Counted from the first letter of the stretch, positions 39,068 through 48,815 are shown. The stretch is DNA of 64,000 nt from a virus (IMGVR_UViG_3300048670_001567:30536-94535); one strand, 5' to 3'. The notes: generated from the letters alone by a model not told the origin. Numbers and translations: made by a program.

Positions 39068-39728
39068 ATACCCCTCCCAGACGCTCTGGAACAACTTTGC
39101 CATTCTTCTCAAAAACCACCACACTGTCATAAAAATGTGTGCTGGTGAGCCCATGATAAAAATCAGCCAACATCATGTTATCAGGGTGCCGATCCAGCCC
39201 CCGGAAGTATTCCACGTTGACCACGTCAGACACTGTTTTGGCATATTCAGTAAAAGACGTGGACTTCTTAAGACCGCCACCACTGAATTCTGGCCAGTAA
39301 CTGGTATGTGTGTCCTCACACATAAACACACCACCCTGATTCAGATGCGGCCAGACTTTTTGCAGTGTCAGGATCTGTTGAAACTGATGGTGACCGCCGT
39401 CATCTAAAAATACATCAATCCGGGGGCGAGTTTCCAGAAACTTGTCCCAAAATGCAGGGTCGCCCTGATCACCAATGATGACTTCGCAGCCATCAGTCTG
39501 ATAGTTCCTGCAGTTTTCATCAATGTCAATGCTGATGATGGTAGCGCCTGGACCAAAATACTTCTTCCACATCTCGGCACTGCCACCACGATACATGCCC
39601 ACTTCCACAAACACTGGGCTCTGACCCACAAACTTTTGGAAATGACGCTCGTAAATGTCGAAATAATGACTCCACTTGTCGCAATGCTTGTCCAGATTGT
39701 CATAAATCTCTTTTAGCATCGGAGCCAC
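39057..39728 (-). CDS. SAM-dependent (sugar O-)methyltransferase
   Basis: EVG..GGS..MW, IGDQ, DDGGH, GG..CEDTHTSY. Confidence 0.88.
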   Translation of the reverse strand: MAPMLKEIYDNLDKHCDKWSHYFDIYERHFQKFVGQSPVFVEVGMYRGGSAEMWKKYFGPGATIISIDIDENCRNYQTDGCEVIIGDQGDPAFWDKFLETRPRIDVFLDDGGHHQFQQILTLQKVWPHLNQGGVFMCEDTHTSYWPEFSGGGLKKSTSFTEYAKTVSDVVNVEYFRGLDRHPDNMMLADFYHGLTSTHFYDSVVVFEKNGKVVPERLGGVYNG

Positions 39729-40741
39729 CGCTCATTGGCCAGGGTCCATTCCACAACTTCACCAATGCGTTGAGTCAGGCTGATCTTGGGTTCCCAACCC
39801 AGCTCACGCATGTAATCGCCGCTCAGAGCGTAACGCAGATCGTGGCCGGGTCGGCTGCTGTGAAAGTCCACCATTTCATACTTGAGTGGCCGGCCCTGTG
39901 CATCAGCAATGATTTGTGCCAGTTGCAGATTGTTGATTTCTTCCTTGCCCACCAGGTTAAACTTGGGACACTTGGCATCACCGTAGTCGGGTTTGAGCTT
40001 GGAGGCATCTAGGTTCAGCAGAAACAGCATGGCGTCGGCGACGTCTGCAGCATGGATGTAGTATCGGCTGCCAGGAATAGTACGAGTGGCGTCTGAGTGA
40101 ATGGTAATGGTGTCACCGTCATGCACCTTACGAATACACATGGGAATAAACTTTTCAGGATGCTGGCGCTGACCAAACACGTTCATGGTGTGGGTGATGA
40201 AAATTGGCAACTTGTAGGTGTTTTCAAAAGCCACTGCCAGTTCTTCACCACCGGCCTTGGTGGCTGAGTAGGGGTTGCTGCTGTTGTAACGATCACGCTC
40301 TGCATAGTTGACGCCATTGGGTGCTGGTCCAAAAACTTCGTCGGTACTAAAATAGATGAGTCTTTCCAGATTTGGCAGATCTCGAGCATAATTTAGAATG
40401 TTGCAAGTGCCCACCACGTTGTCCAGCACGAACTCCATGGGATAGTCGATGCTGCGATCCACGTGACTGCCAGCTGCCAGATGCAGTACGTAATTGACAT
40501 CGCCAATGTCCTTACGCACCAGGGGGTTCAGTTCTGCTCTGAGATCATGAAACACCACACGAACTCTACGCTTGGTCTCTGCGTCAAAGTCCTGCATCAT
40601 GTCTGCCAGACGATTTAGATTGCCTGAAAAGTCCAGTCGGTCCAGACTGACGATATTCCAGTCAGTGTTTTTTAGTAGGTTTTCGATAATATGGTGTGCA
40701 ATAAATCCTGCACCACCTGTTATCAGGACGGTTTTTGCCAT
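39713..40741 (-). CDS. rmlB: dTDP-glucose 4,6-dehydratase (RmlB-like)
   Basis: TGGAGFI, AAGSHVDRSI, STDEVFG, PYSATK, QHPEKFIP, RPGHDLRY. Confidence 0.92.
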   Translation of the reverse strand: MAKTVLITGGAGFIAHHIIENLLKNTDWNIVSLDRLDFSGNLNRLADMMQDFDAETKRRVRVVFHDLRAELNPLVRKDIGDVNYVLHLAAGSHVDRSIDYPMEFVLDNVVGTCNILNYARDLPNLERLIYFSTDEVFGPAPNGVNYAERDRYNSSNPYSATKAGGEELAVAFENTYKLPIFITHTMNVFGQRQHPEKFIPMCIRKVHDGDTITIHSDATRTIPGSRYYIHAADVADAMLFLLNLDASKLKPDYGDAKCPKFNLVGKEEINNLQLAQIIADAQGRPLKYEMVDFHSSRPGHDLRYALSGDYMRELGWEPKISLTQRIGEVVEWTLANERWLRC

Positions 40742-40808
40742 TGATGTCTCCTGAGAATAATTGATTAAATGCTACTTTTATTTATTTTGGCACTATTCTG
40801 GCTGGAAA

Positions 40809-40970
40809 TTATGCCAGTTCTGTGCGTTGTACCTTGGCTTCCACGTATTCACGAATAAATTTGATAGCCTTACGACTGGTGTCAAAGATATACTCGTTGG
40901 TGTCATCCTCGGTGTTGAGAATAACAATAAAACCGTTTGCTACTTTGCGAATTTCAATGGAATCGAACAT
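40809..40970 (-). CDS. 53-aa hypothetical protein (not in ORF track)
   Basis: MFDSIEIRKVANGFIV...; TTGACC-18-TATAAT upstream. Confidence 0.65.
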   Translation of the reverse strand: MFDSIEIRKVANGFIVILNTEDDTNEYIFDTSRKAIKFIREYVEAKVQRTELA

Positions 40971-41114
40971 TGTCTGGTATCCCTATGGTTAAGATATTAT
41001 ATTATAAGCATCTGATCAGTCTGAGGTCAAATGCAATATGTTCAAAAAGTCAAAAAAATAGACCAAGGGCAATTTAATTGCCTTTGATCAGATAATATTT
41101 CTCTATTAATCGAA

Positions 41115-41813
41115 TTAGTTACGTATTAAATAATCAAAAGCCCCCAAGGCGGCGGTGGCCCCACTGCCCATGCTAATGATGATCTGCTTGTAGGCAACAC
41201 TAGTGCAGTCCCCGGCAGCAAAGACTCCCGGAACATTTGTAGCATTGTGTCCATTAACAATGATTTGCCCAAAATGGTCCTTCTCTACATCTACAAATTC
41301 TGTGTTAGGGACCAGACCAATTTGTACAAACACACCCTCTAGTTCAAGATGCTGTTGTTCATTAGTAGCACGATCCACATAGGTAATGCCGTTAACTTTG
41401 TCCATGCCGGTAATCTCTTTTACCTGCACATTCTTTTTAACAGTTACATTTGGTAAACTATACACGCGATCCTGAAGAACTTTGTCCGCTTTAAGGTCTG
41501 ACATGAACTCAAATACAGTTACATGGCCAACAATACCTGCTAGGTCGATGGCGGCTTCAACACCTGAGTTGCCACCACCAATAACTGCCACATGCTTGCC
41601 TTTAAACAAAGGGCCATCACAATGTGGACAGTATGCTACACCTCGATTCTTGAACTCTGCTTCGCCCGGTATACCTAGGTTACGCCAACGAGCACCTGTG
41701 CCGATGCCCGGAGGACCCCACAGAAACACCGGACGATTGGCGCGGAACGCAGTGAGCAGGCTCTTGCGTGCTTGGATGCTGGTAACAGTACGATTTTCAC
41801 TAACATGGCGCAT
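41115..41813 (-). pseudogene. in-frame chimera: AAA ATPase N-terminus fused to the C-terminal half of AhpF
   Basis: [11 protein letters not shown] then TGARWR.LG.PGE...CPHCDG...GGGNSG...FAAGD. Confidence 0.8.
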
Positions 41814-41863
41814 TTGAGGGCTCCTGGTTGGGCTTCAGTGTTGCTAATGTATGCGAGGGTGCA

Positions 41864-42733
41864 TTAGTGGTCAACCAGGTTCCAAATTTCATTTCTTCGG
41901 TCGTGAGCCGGGATAACAACATCTGTCAAGGTCTGAGCCATGTTTTTTGCCGACGATCGCAGATGTGGGGTAATTCCTCCGCACAAGAACTTCACAGTCC
42001 AGTCGTGATGGGCTAGAGTGTTTGGGTGCGCATCTGTTTGGTGAGCGAACGATACCAACTCTTTGGAAGAAATGGTATACTCCCATAGTCCGTTGTAAGA
42101 AATTGGATCTTTGAAATTATCATGCATTGCTACAAACTTCTCCCAGTTGATTTGGGTGATCAACGACTGTACAACTGGAAGGTCTAATATACGTTGAGCC
42201 TGTTCGATTTCACCGGTGGTCAATGAAGATTTGTCTTGCCAGGTAGTATCGTACTGAGGTTTAAAAATTTCTCGGGTATCGCACCAAGGATTTTGCCAGA
42301 ACATCATACGATATTCGCATTGGCACTGATTCAGCAGCAATTGGGTTTGCAGAATTGTATTGAACATTTCAATCTGCATGTGACTTAGACTAGGCTGTCG
42401 GTCAAGCGGCGATTTGTACAATCCAAGATATGGAGTTTGGTGTGTAAACCATAGTTGTCCATCTGTCTCAGGAAAAAATCCTAGAAAGTCCTGTTGATAG
42501 ATGTGATCACGATCGTACCACTCACAGGTTCGGTTAGATCCAGTCCACATGATGTAGACTTGATCGTGTTTAGAAATTTTATCGATCCTTCGCAACAACT
42601 GATAGTAGATTAAAGAATTGGTATAGCCGGGATGCGCTAGATTGCAGATCGACTGAGATTGATAGTTTCCAAGCCAGTCGGCCCAGGTGGGCCAATGCCA
42701 TTTGGTAAAACTACAGCCTAATGTATAGATCAT
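41864..42733 (-). CDS. SGNH-hydrolase-like protein
   Basis: GCSFT...W, MWTG..R and DAHP motifs. Confidence 0.6.
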   Translation of the reverse strand: MIYTLGCSFTKWHWPTWADWLGNYQSQSICNLAHPGYTNSLIYYQLLRRIDKISKHDQVYIMWTGSNRTCEWYDRDHIYQQDFLGFFPETDGQLWFTHQTPYLGLYKSPLDRQPSLSHMQIEMFNTILQTQLLLNQCQCEYRMMFWQNPWCDTREIFKPQYDTTWQDKSSLTTGEIEQAQRILDLPVVQSLITQINWEKFVAMHDNFKDPISYNGLWEYTISSKELVSFAHQTDAHPNTLAHHDWTVKFLCGGITPHLRSSAKNMAQTLTDVVIPAHDRRNEIWNLVDH

Positions 42734-43683
42734 TGTGGGTAAAGGCGAATAGCATGCTGAACACGTTGTTGTAAACTGTGGTCTTCAATCATTTGAAGTG
42801 GGCAATTCTTTTGGGCCCAGAGGTTGAAAACATCAATACACGAATCTAAATTTGATATTTTTTCAATTTTGTCTTTCCAGGTGGCTGCCTTGATTGGAAT
42901 TGGATCCAGTATAACTTTTTGCTCGCATAGTTGATTCAGGGTATTCTCGATTTGATAAACCTTGGCAAGCGAATCCAGGTTGACGCACGATTGTTTTTTG
43001 CTGAGCCGATATTGTACCAACAAGTATTCTGCCAGGCTGATTCCAAACTTTTGTTCAATGGTCAGGGAATCTCCAAAGACATTTTTACAAACCTGGTCGA
43101 TGTCGCTTTCGAGATCGGCGTAGTCTATGTTTTTTGCCAGCGGAAAGCTTTTCTGTGCCCAGTTGATATAGTTCAGATATTTTGCAGATTGAGCAATGAC
43201 ATCGTCAGTCGACACTGTAAAGTTTTCAACAGATTCGTACAATTCATGACGTTGTTGAGCATTGTGAACACAATTAATCTGTTTTTCGTACGGTCTTTTG
43301 GTTTGTCTGCGTAATGCGTGACACAACGAATAATCAAAAATATCGTTCCTGGTCACAAAAAAAATATCAAATTTTTCTTGGAGGAATTGAAAAAATGTTG
43401 CTGATCGATCACGATCATGTCGCAGCAAAAAATGATCATAAGCTAACCGTGCTATAATAGGGTGCGGGCATTGTTCTAATAACTGTTGAATTTGTTCAAA
43501 TGGCTGCGCGTTTACGTCGCACCATTGTTTTACCAAATATCCATTGTGATAATCAATGCCGTTGAGTAGTTCATGGGGGTTGGTGACAGTGGGGTCGACT
43601 AGTTGATGTGCCCAAAAAGCAAGAGAACGTTGCAGGAGTGTTGACCCTGAATTAAACGTAGCAACAATTAGTTTTGACCTCAT
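42730..43683 (-). CDS. sulfotransferase-like P-loop protein
   Basis: NSGSTLLQ, HELLN, YADL. Confidence 0.5.
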   Translation of the reverse strand: MRSKLIVATFNSGSTLLQRSLAFWAHQLVDPTVTNPHELLNGIDYHNGYLVKQWCDVNAQPFEQIQQLLEQCPHPIIARLAYDHFLLRHDRDRSATFFQFLQEKFDIFFVTRNDIFDYSLCHALRRQTKRPYEKQINCVHNAQQRHELYESVENFTVSTDDVIAQSAKYLNYINWAQKSFPLAKNIDYADLESDIDQVCKNVFGDSLTIEQKFGISLAEYLLVQYRLSKKQSCVNLDSLAKVYQIENTLNQLCEQKVILDPIPIKAATWKDKIEKISNLDSCIDVFNLWAQKNCPLQMIEDHSLQQRVQHAIRLYPQ

Positions 43684-43711
43684 GCCAGTATTTAAGTATA
43701 GAATTTTTGGT

Positions 43712-43741
43712 CAAAAAAAAACCGCGCCTATTTTGGCGCGG
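43712..43741 (-). terminator. rho-independent terminator of pqqA
   Basis: CCGCGCC-AAAATA-GGCGCGG followed by a long T-run. Confidence 0.85.
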
Positions 43742-43761
43742 GCTGTACAGCGCGTCGCGAA

Positions 43762-43833
43762 TTAGCGAGCGGCGATGTACATGGTGACTTCGAAGCCGAA
43801 GCGCAGATCAGAAGCAGCGGGCTTGGTCCACAT
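43762..43833 (-). CDS. pqqA: PQQ precursor peptide PqqA
   Basis: [23 protein letters not shown]; W-x-K-P and E-x-x-x-Y motifs; AAGGAG RBS. Confidence 0.95.
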   Translation of the reverse strand: MWTKPAASDLRFGFEVTMYIAAR

Positions 43834-43963
43834 AATGATTCTCCTTGAAAATATTGAACTTACTTTAAGTACTCGACAACGATCAACTGTTGCTTGAAGT
43901 ACTTATAGTGAGTATAAGACACAATCCACCCAAATGCACTAAGTGTAATCATGAAATCTCTAT

Positions 43964-44281
43964 CTATAACTTCATGACGGCTATCAAGGCTTCGTTGGCA
44001 TCCCAGAATGCCCAGTACCATTCTTGCCGGGAATCACTTTCTAAAAACAATGGCAAAGCACCATGTTCTAGCAATTTGGTATCGGTGATGTATTCTTCCC
44101 AGTTGAGCAGGCCGCGAGTTTTGTGGACCACAGATATAGTACCGCGTTCTGGGATTCGATCCCGAGGCTCAACAACAAGCACCACGGCAGGCGGATTGTC
44201 CTGATGCAACGGTCTTAGCCGCTCCGCCTCGTAGTAGGGAATGTGCTCGTCAAGCCATTGCGGCCATGGCAGCAACTTCAT
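43964..44281 (-). CDS. conserved hypothetical phage protein
   Basis: 105 aa ORF. Confidence 0.65.
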   Translation of the reverse strand: MKLLPWPQWLDEHIPYYEAERLRPLHQDNPPAVVLVVEPRDRIPERGTISVVHKTRGLLNWEEYITDTKLLEHGALPLFLESDSRQEWYWAFWDANEALIAVMKL

Positions 44282-44852
44282 CGAGGTCCTTGATCAACTC
44301 GTGCCGGCGTTCCATGGTAAGCAGGGCACTTCTTGAATATCTGGCGTGGTCCACACCCACGATGAGTTCACTACCGTGTGCCAGGGCTTGTCGCATTGCC
44401 GCGGGCAATTCAAATCTAAGGAAATGCACAGCCGAGGTCTTGTCTGGTGTGGCTCGGTCAAGATCTTCGTCGGCTACAGCATACACGCGATGTCTACCAT
44501 GGATTTCTACGTATACACGACTTTCAATTCCTACCAGTTCTTGGAGTCGTTGTGCACGTTCCTCGGAATCCGAGTATTCAATCATCATGGTGGCCTTGAG
44601 ATTGGTACCAGTGGGAATCAAGGGTGTGTAGGCTGCTAGTTCATCCTGGATACCCTCGGGCTCAAATGTGCGTTCGATATGCAGCATTTCTTGGATCTGA
44701 TACAGCACAGTTTCGCGGTCTTCAAAACACAAGGTAACATGCGCACCCAGTTCGACCTGCCGATCGCGCCGGCGCAGCAGCGCGTCCTGTCGACGATTGG
44801 GACGCGCTGCTGCGTAGGCTTCCAAGGTCATGAGATCTTGGCGAGTGATCAT
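44250..44852 (-). CDS. DUF3501 family protein
   Basis: QIQEML.IE, EL.AY.PLIP, KTSAVHFLRF; start MITRQD. Confidence 0.88.
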   Translation of the reverse strand: MITRQDLMTLEAYAAARPNRRQDALLRRRDRQVELGAHVTLCFEDRETVLYQIQEMLHIERTFEPEGIQDELAAYTPLIPTGTNLKATMMIEYSDSEERAQRLQELVGIESRVYVEIHGRHRVYAVADEDLDRATPDKTSAVHFLRFELPAAMRQALAHGSELIVGVDHARYSRSALLTMERRHELIKDLDEVAAMAAMA

Positions 44853-44853
44853 T

Positions 44854-45288
44854 TTAACCTTGATCCGCGAGGTAGGCGTCCAGCGTGCGCTGGAACTTGC
44901 CGGCGTGCGAACGCTCGGCCTTGGCCAAGGTTTCAAACCAGTCAGCGATTTCGTCAAAGCCTTCGTCACGTGCATCACGAGCCATTGAAGGGTACATGTC
45001 AGTGTACTCATGGGTCTCGCCGTGGATGGCCGACTTCAGGGCCTCTACCACATCGCCAGCGGGCAAGCCAGTTTCGGGATCGCCCGAGCCGCCCTTGATC
45101 AGGTACTCCATGTGACCGTGTGCGTGGCCAGTTTCACCTTCTGCGGTGTGACGGAAGATGTTAGCCACGTCAGGTGCGCCCACGATGTCGGCCATGTTTG
45201 CGAAGTACAGATAACGACGATTGGCCTTTGATTCACCTGCAAATGCATCCTTGAGATGCTGTTCAGTCTTGGTTCCTACTAGTTTCAT
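44854..45288 (-). CDS. rubrerythrin (short type, no rubredoxin domain)
   Basis: [33 protein letters not shown]. Confidence 0.93.
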   Translation of the reverse strand: MKLVGTKTEQHLKDAFAGESKANRRYLYFANMADIVGAPDVANIFRHTAEGETGHAHGHMEYLIKGGSGDPETGLPAGDVVEALKSAIHGETHEYTDMYPSMARDARDEGFDEIADWFETLAKAERSHAGKFQRTLDAYLADQG

Positions 45289-45298
45289 GTGTGTCTCC

Positions 45299-45364
45299 TT
45301 AAAATTTTCCAAATGATGCCCAAACCATCAGCACCATGACAATGCCGATCAGTGTTTCAAACAT
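45299..45364 (-). CDS. 21-aa hydrophobic peptide
   Basis: MFETLIGIVMVLMVWASFGKF; AAGGAG RBS; stop overlaps the rubrerythrin RBS. Confidence 0.55.
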   Translation of the reverse strand: MFETLIGIVMVLMVWASFGKF

Positions 45365-45460
45365 TGTTTTCTCCTTGCACTGCACAACAATTATATATGA
45401 AAAAAATCCTATTACACAACTGGAAATAATAGGTTTTGCTTATGCTATTTTTCTATAGGA

Positions 45461-46588
45461 TTAATAAATTCTGTTTATGTGCTCCCAGACCCAATTCCTG
45501 ACCGGTGCTATAAAATGCTCTCTGTTATTGATTAAATTTTGGTTGTGTGTTAGAACGTCATCAATTTTTTTTAAAACTTTTTCTGGATTATTTTTGGACA
45601 GCTCCGCCACTTGTTCAAATGCCATTTTCCATCGAATGTAATTATCTGGTTCTGAATCATAGGATTCATCAATCACAGCGCCAAATGTCTCAAATCCAAA
45701 ACTACGCAATTTTTCCAACTGTCGGTATGCTCCAAACAACACAAATGATCGATGGGCCAGCAAGGGTTTGGCAGTCTTTTCACTAAAAAACAGGTGACGA
45801 GTATCTGTCTCTGCTACTATACTATAATAGCTAGTATTATAAATATTTACTGGAAGCAAATTTGATGCCATGGGCTTGCCTGCTTCTGGTAATGGTGTAT
45901 ACGAATCGAATCCCAGATCCACAGAATTCATTGCTGGCTGAACCTGTACTAGTTCCAACTCAGTCAACCCCTGAGATTTATAGTGCACCGGTTTGGGATT
46001 TTGATCCCATCTGGTGGCCGCAGACAACGACACCCAGGATTTATCCAATAAATCATAATTAATTAAAGAATCAAAAATAAACTGGCGATGTGGTTTATTG
46101 ATTCCCAGCAAGGCATCAAATAGTTTGGGTTTGCTTTCAAATAATGGATTGGCATTGTTTAAATTTAAACGATGATTGACTGTCTGGGTTTGTAAAAAAA
46201 ACCAGGGAACGGTCAATACCGTATCCAGTGTGCTAAATGAATCCAGAGGGCAACTACTGAGTACAATAATTTTATTGTTGGAAAATTTTTCTGACAGAAT
46301 ATCAAAATATTCATCCACATTTATAATTTCAGCATCTATAACTATGATTAGATCAAAAACGTCAAGGTTTCGACCAGCCATCCCAGATTCTGGAAAAGCA
46401 CAGTTTACTACGGCAATTTTTATGTAATCACTTCCGTAGATTTTTTTAAATTCGTTGGCATCAAATGATGCATATGGTCCACTAACATGGACAACATCAG
46501 GGCGATCTGGGCGATTTAAAAATTTAACAGGGGCAATTTCATAACGGCCCAATGCCCATTCGAAGTCCAGAATTACTATTTTTTTCAT
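45461..46588 (-). CDS. AT-rich glycosyltransferase-like protein
   Basis: SIVAET...FFSEKTAKPL...GFETF..IDESYD. Confidence 0.5.
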   Translation of the reverse strand: MKKIVILDFEWALGRYEIAPVKFLNRPDRPDVVHVSGPYASFDANEFKKIYGSDYIKIAVVNCAFPESGMAGRNLDVFDLIIVIDAEIINVDEYFDILSEKFSNNKIIVLSSCPLDSFSTLDTVLTVPWFFLQTQTVNHRLNLNNANPLFESKPKLFDALLGINKPHRQFIFDSLINYDLLDKSWVSLSAATRWDQNPKPVHYKSQGLTELELVQVQPAMNSVDLGFDSYTPLPEAGKPMASNLLPVNIYNTSYYSIVAETDTRHLFFSEKTAKPLLAHRSFVLFGAYRQLEKLRSFGFETFGAVIDESYDSEPDNYIRWKMAFEQVAELSKNNPEKVLKKIDDVLTHNQNLINNREHFIAPVRNWVWEHINRIY

Positions 46589-46655
46589 TTATTCTCGATA
46601 CCCAAAATCAAAAATATTTATGTAAAAATAGTAAAAGAATTGCTGCAATTTACTG

Positions 46656-47321
46656 CTATTTTAATTTGTCTAGCCAACGCTGATTGACTCGGTCCACATC
46701 CAGCACTGTCATAAAGTCTGCAGTTCCAAACACTGGATCCACGCTGGGATCTCCTGCAATTTCTGCACCCATTTTGAGATAAACTTTGATCAGATTGGGA
46801 ATCTGAAAATCATCAACCCCAGTTGAGTTTACCAGCAAGGGATTTTTTGGGATGACATGAGATTTATTCAGATAATCAAACTCTTGTTGCCAATGATGTC
46901 TGAGAGAACTCAATCTGTCAGCACCTTGACTCAGACCAATACTACTGGGCCCCAGAATGAATCGGCAGCCCAGCTGATCAGCCAGTTCCATCAGGGCGGA
47001 CCAGAGCTTGGTTATGACCATCATGCTCTTGGCATCAGGGGCCACTGCTGCCCGCCCCACTTCCAGAATCTGATTCCTAGGGATATTTAATTTGCCAAAA
47101 TCAAACTCAGTTTCAGAATAGAAGCCCAGCTCGGTGTCCTGTATGGCCCGATAACACCCATAAATTTTATCGTTGTCTGTGGCAATGACATGCCAACAGA
47201 CATCGTCCCAGGCATCCCGATCCTGCTCGGGGGCGATGCCATAGACTTCAGAAAAAATCTGACCTCTAAATTCCAGGACACGATCTCGCCAACTGGGATC
47301 CTGAGTTAAAATTACTTCCAC
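46656..47321 (-). CDS. GNAT N-acyltransferase, OlsB-like
   Basis: DRDAWD..C.H, GFYSETEF, LEVGR, P.LIK.YLKMGA...GDP.VDP.FGTADF. Confidence 0.8.
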   Translation of the reverse strand: MEVILTQDPSWRDRVLEFRGQIFSEVYGIAPEQDRDAWDDVCWHVIATDNDKIYGCYRAIQDTELGFYSETEFDFGKLNIPRNQILEVGRAAVAPDAKSMMVITKLWSALMELADQLGCRFILGPSSIGLSQGADRLSSLRHHWQQEFDYLNKSHVIPKNPLLVNSTGVDDFQIPNLIKVYLKMGAEIAGDPSVDPVFGTADFMTVLDVDRVNQRWLDKLK

Positions 47322-47331
47322 TTGCTATGAA

Positions 47332-47508
47332 TCAGTCGCCTGCTGGCGCTGTGTCCTTGTCACCTGCACGACGATTTCTAAATGCATGCAGACTTTTTTC
47401 AGCATCTATCATCATCTTCTTGTAGGTGGTCTTTACTGCAGAACTCTTGATCAATGCCATTTCACGTTTGACTGCGGTGGGCAATTTGAAATTAATTTTA
47501 CTGGCCAT
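47332..47508 (-). CDS. 58-aa basic hypothetical protein (not in ORF track)
   Basis: MASKINFKLPTAVKR...; AAGGA RBS. Confidence 0.6.
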   Translation of the reverse strand: MASKINFKLPTAVKREMALIKSSAVKTTYKKMMIDAEKSLHAFRNRRAGDKDTAPAGD

Positions 47509-47532
47509 GTTTTTCCTTGTATTAAAAAATTT

Positions 47533-47606
47533 TGGAGCGGCATGCCAGAATCGAACTGGCGACTTTAGCTTGGAAGGCTAAGGTAATACCATTTTACGAA
47601 TGCCGC
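47533..47606 (-). tRNA. tRNA-Gly(TCC)
   Basis: cloverleaf with encoded CCA. Confidence 0.93.
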
Positions 47607-47614
47607 ATACGTTT

Positions 47615-47698
47615 TGGTGGGCGGGGAGAGACTCGAACTCTCACGCCTCACGGCACTGGCTTCTAAGACCAGCGTGGCTACCATTACACCACCCGCCC
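47615..47698 (-). tRNA. tRNA-Leu(TAG)
   Basis: cloverleaf, long variable arm, CCA. Confidence 0.93.
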
Positions 47699-47799
47699 GC
47701 AATCTTACTTATCTGTAACAAACACAGCAGAAATAATTAGCGACAACAATGGGAGATGATTGCCAAATATCCATAAATACTTGTGTACTGGGAGCCGTT

Positions 47800-48294
47800 A
47801 TGAAAAAATTGTTTTTTTTCTTGAGCTTGCTGGCCCCAGTGGTCTGTTCAGCGGCGGACATCAACAAAACACCGCTGCCACCCATACTGTATCAGAATCT
47901 AATCGAACGTCTGATACCTGAAGTCACTGAAATAACCCGACTGCCCGTGCCCGATGAAAAACCTCAGGTGTTTGTGGCCGATAGAAATCAGATTGAGCTG
48001 GCCTACTGCCGAGATCAACGACACGATTGTCATGTGGCTGCTATCACTGACGACAAGACTGGTGAAATCATTCTGAGTCCCGCACTGTTACAATTGAATG
48101 TGTTCACAGCCAGTGTGGTGTTTCATGAACTGGTGCACTGGGCTCAGGTTAAAAACGGCATGTTCACCGATGAACCCGACTGCATACACTGGGCCAAAAG
48201 TGAAATGCATGCCTACACTGCACAGAGCAGGTTTTTAGAAAAACAAGCGGGTCGAGGATTTCCAGTGCCTGACTTGCTGGCACAGTGCAGATGA
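47800..48294 (+). CDS. secreted HExxH metallopeptidase-like protein
   Basis: signal peptide, HELVH, E..AY..Q; paralogue of 51868..52374. Confidence 0.7.
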   Translation: MKKLFFFLSLLAPVVCSAADINKTPLPPILYQNLIERLIPEVTEITRLPVPDEKPQVFVADRNQIELAYCRDQRHDCHVAAITDDKTGEIILSPALLQLNVFTASVVFHELVHWAQVKNGMFTDEPDCIHWAKSEMHAYTAQSRFLEKQAGRGFPVPDLLAQCR

Positions 48295-48300
48295 CCCAGT

Positions 48301-48780
48301 TTAAAATCCAATAACTGTCTTGAGCCGATCAGCAGCACAACTGGCAGCAAATGCTCGGGGTTTGATGAATGGCACCACATTGCACATGCCTTTGATGTAG
48401 CCCACTGCCTCATTGATCACACAGTTGGATGCATACATCTCATCAGGATTAATATCCAGATGCACTTCAAATTCACGATCTTCCAGAACTTCGTGTAGTT
48501 TCAGGTACAATTCTGCAACCTTGTAGACTTCGGTCATCAGACGCATTCTAGGCCGATCGCGGTTCTGATCATAATCACGTTCACGATGCACTTCACCAAA
48601 AATCTTGCAGCCATGGCGGCCGTCAATATGCACCACAATGGCTAGGGTATAATCAGCCCACCATTGTTCTTTCAAGCGAAATCTTTCACTATCACCGCCG
48701 ATGTAGATCCGGGTGTTGGGTCCTTGAGCAAGGATGAATTCTCTTACTTCGTCGATGTCGATTTTTTTAAACATGCTCAA
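48301..48780 (-). CDS. RNase H-like YkuK (DUF458) protein
   Basis: IYIG.DS, RLMTEV, EVHLDIN, KP.AFAAS.AAD. Confidence 0.85.
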   Translation of the reverse strand: MSMFKKIDIDEVREFILAQGPNTRIYIGGDSERFRLKEQWWADYTLAIVVHIDGRHGCKIFGEVHRERDYDQNRDRPRMRLMTEVYKVAELYLKLHEVLEDREFEVHLDINPDEMYASNCVINEAVGYIKGMCNVVPFIKPRAFAASCAADRLKTVIGF

Positions 48781-48815
48781 GTATTTAACAAACTAACGTT
48801 ACAGGATTATTAAAC

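Noticed and set aside
44853-45011. N-terminal extension of the DUF3501 ORF
   Set aside because: Overlaps rubrerythrin; true start is at 44852
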